Source of the DNA: Octopus sinensis
Taxonomy: Eukaryota
Length of the DNA: 64,000 nt
Assembly: GCF_006345805.1 (NCBI RefSeq)
Contig: NC_042997.1
Span: 81,344,001 to 81,408,000, forward strand
Reading direction: 5' to 3'
In this document: positions 63,560 through 64,000 of the stretch, piece by piece
Numbering within the stretch: the first letter of the stretch is position 1
Layout: every line of letters starts with the position of its first letter
Made by a program: the position numbers and the translations under genes
Notes under the pieces: model-generated
The model's database searches: none
The model's input: the letters and a program-made list of their open reading frames with translations, nothing else
Told to the model about the DNA's origin: nothing

Positions 63560-64000
63560 CATAAAGAAGTACTGATCTCTAACTGTGGAGGGCCTGTGGA
63601 AGAAGTAGACCTAAGAAGACATGGGATGAGGTGGTGAAATATGATCTTTAGATGTTGAGTCTCACGGGGTGTGATGGAAAGTGACTGAGGCTTTTGGCAA
63701 TTTGCTGTGCTTGAGAAGGTAAATCAAGCTAAGTGAAATTATAGTCGTGGCCAGTGCTGGTGATATGTAAAAGGCATCCATGCCTGTGACATGTAGAAGG
63801 CAGTCGTGCCAGTGACATGTAAAAGGCACTCGTGCCAATGACATGTTAAAGGCACCTGTGCCAGTGACACATAAAAGGCACCTGTGCTGGTGACATCTTA
63901 AAGGCACCCAGTACACTTTATGGAGTGGTTGGCACTAGGAAGGACATCCAGCCATAGAAACCATGCTAAAATAGAGTGGAGCCTGTTTTGGCTTGGTTTG
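63560..64000 (+). mobile_element. RTE 3' end and tail with short tandem units
   Basis: GRPKKTWDEVVK remnant, gtgccagtgacatgtaaaaggcac tandem units, gtggttggcactaggaaggacatccagc. Confidence 0.7.

Noticed and set aside
63760-63910. Regular short tandem units resembling a CRISPR-like array (also 1990-2130)
   Set aside because: Head-to-tail degenerate repeats without unique spacers; part of a common RTE-tail repeat in a eukaryotic genome.

Overview
AT-rich animal genomic DNA, most likely octopus (inferred from the dense (TA)n/(CA)n/(AAT)n microsatellites and the SINE, RTE, Tc1/mariner, Helitron and Penelope-like repeats). I found no spliced host-gene exon. The window is mostly transposon relics, with three unusual features. 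(1) 24.3-28.7 kb: an intronless, uninterrupted fragment encoding the USP7 C-terminus (Ubl4-Ubl5 plus activating tail) and its presumed 3' UTR sits between two nearly identical, outward-facing arms of a Penelope-like element (PLE, GIY-YIG endonuclease). This looks like host mRNA capture by a PLE reverse transcriptase. (2) 33.5-40.9 kb: a cluster of non-coding fold-back and tandem repeats carrying hammerhead ribozyme (HHR) motifs. One is a complete canonical type I HHR. Two unrelated repeat families carry all HHR catalytic segments in a reversed, non-circularly permuted order; one family shows covariation and the other has a retrozyme-like repeat with ~719 nt between cleavage sites. (3) Smaller items: a 5' U2 snRNA fragment, a solo LTR nested in an RTE relic, and further degenerate HHRs. 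All alignments and RNA folds were done by eye; no searches or folding programs were run. Boundaries of degraded repeats are approximate.
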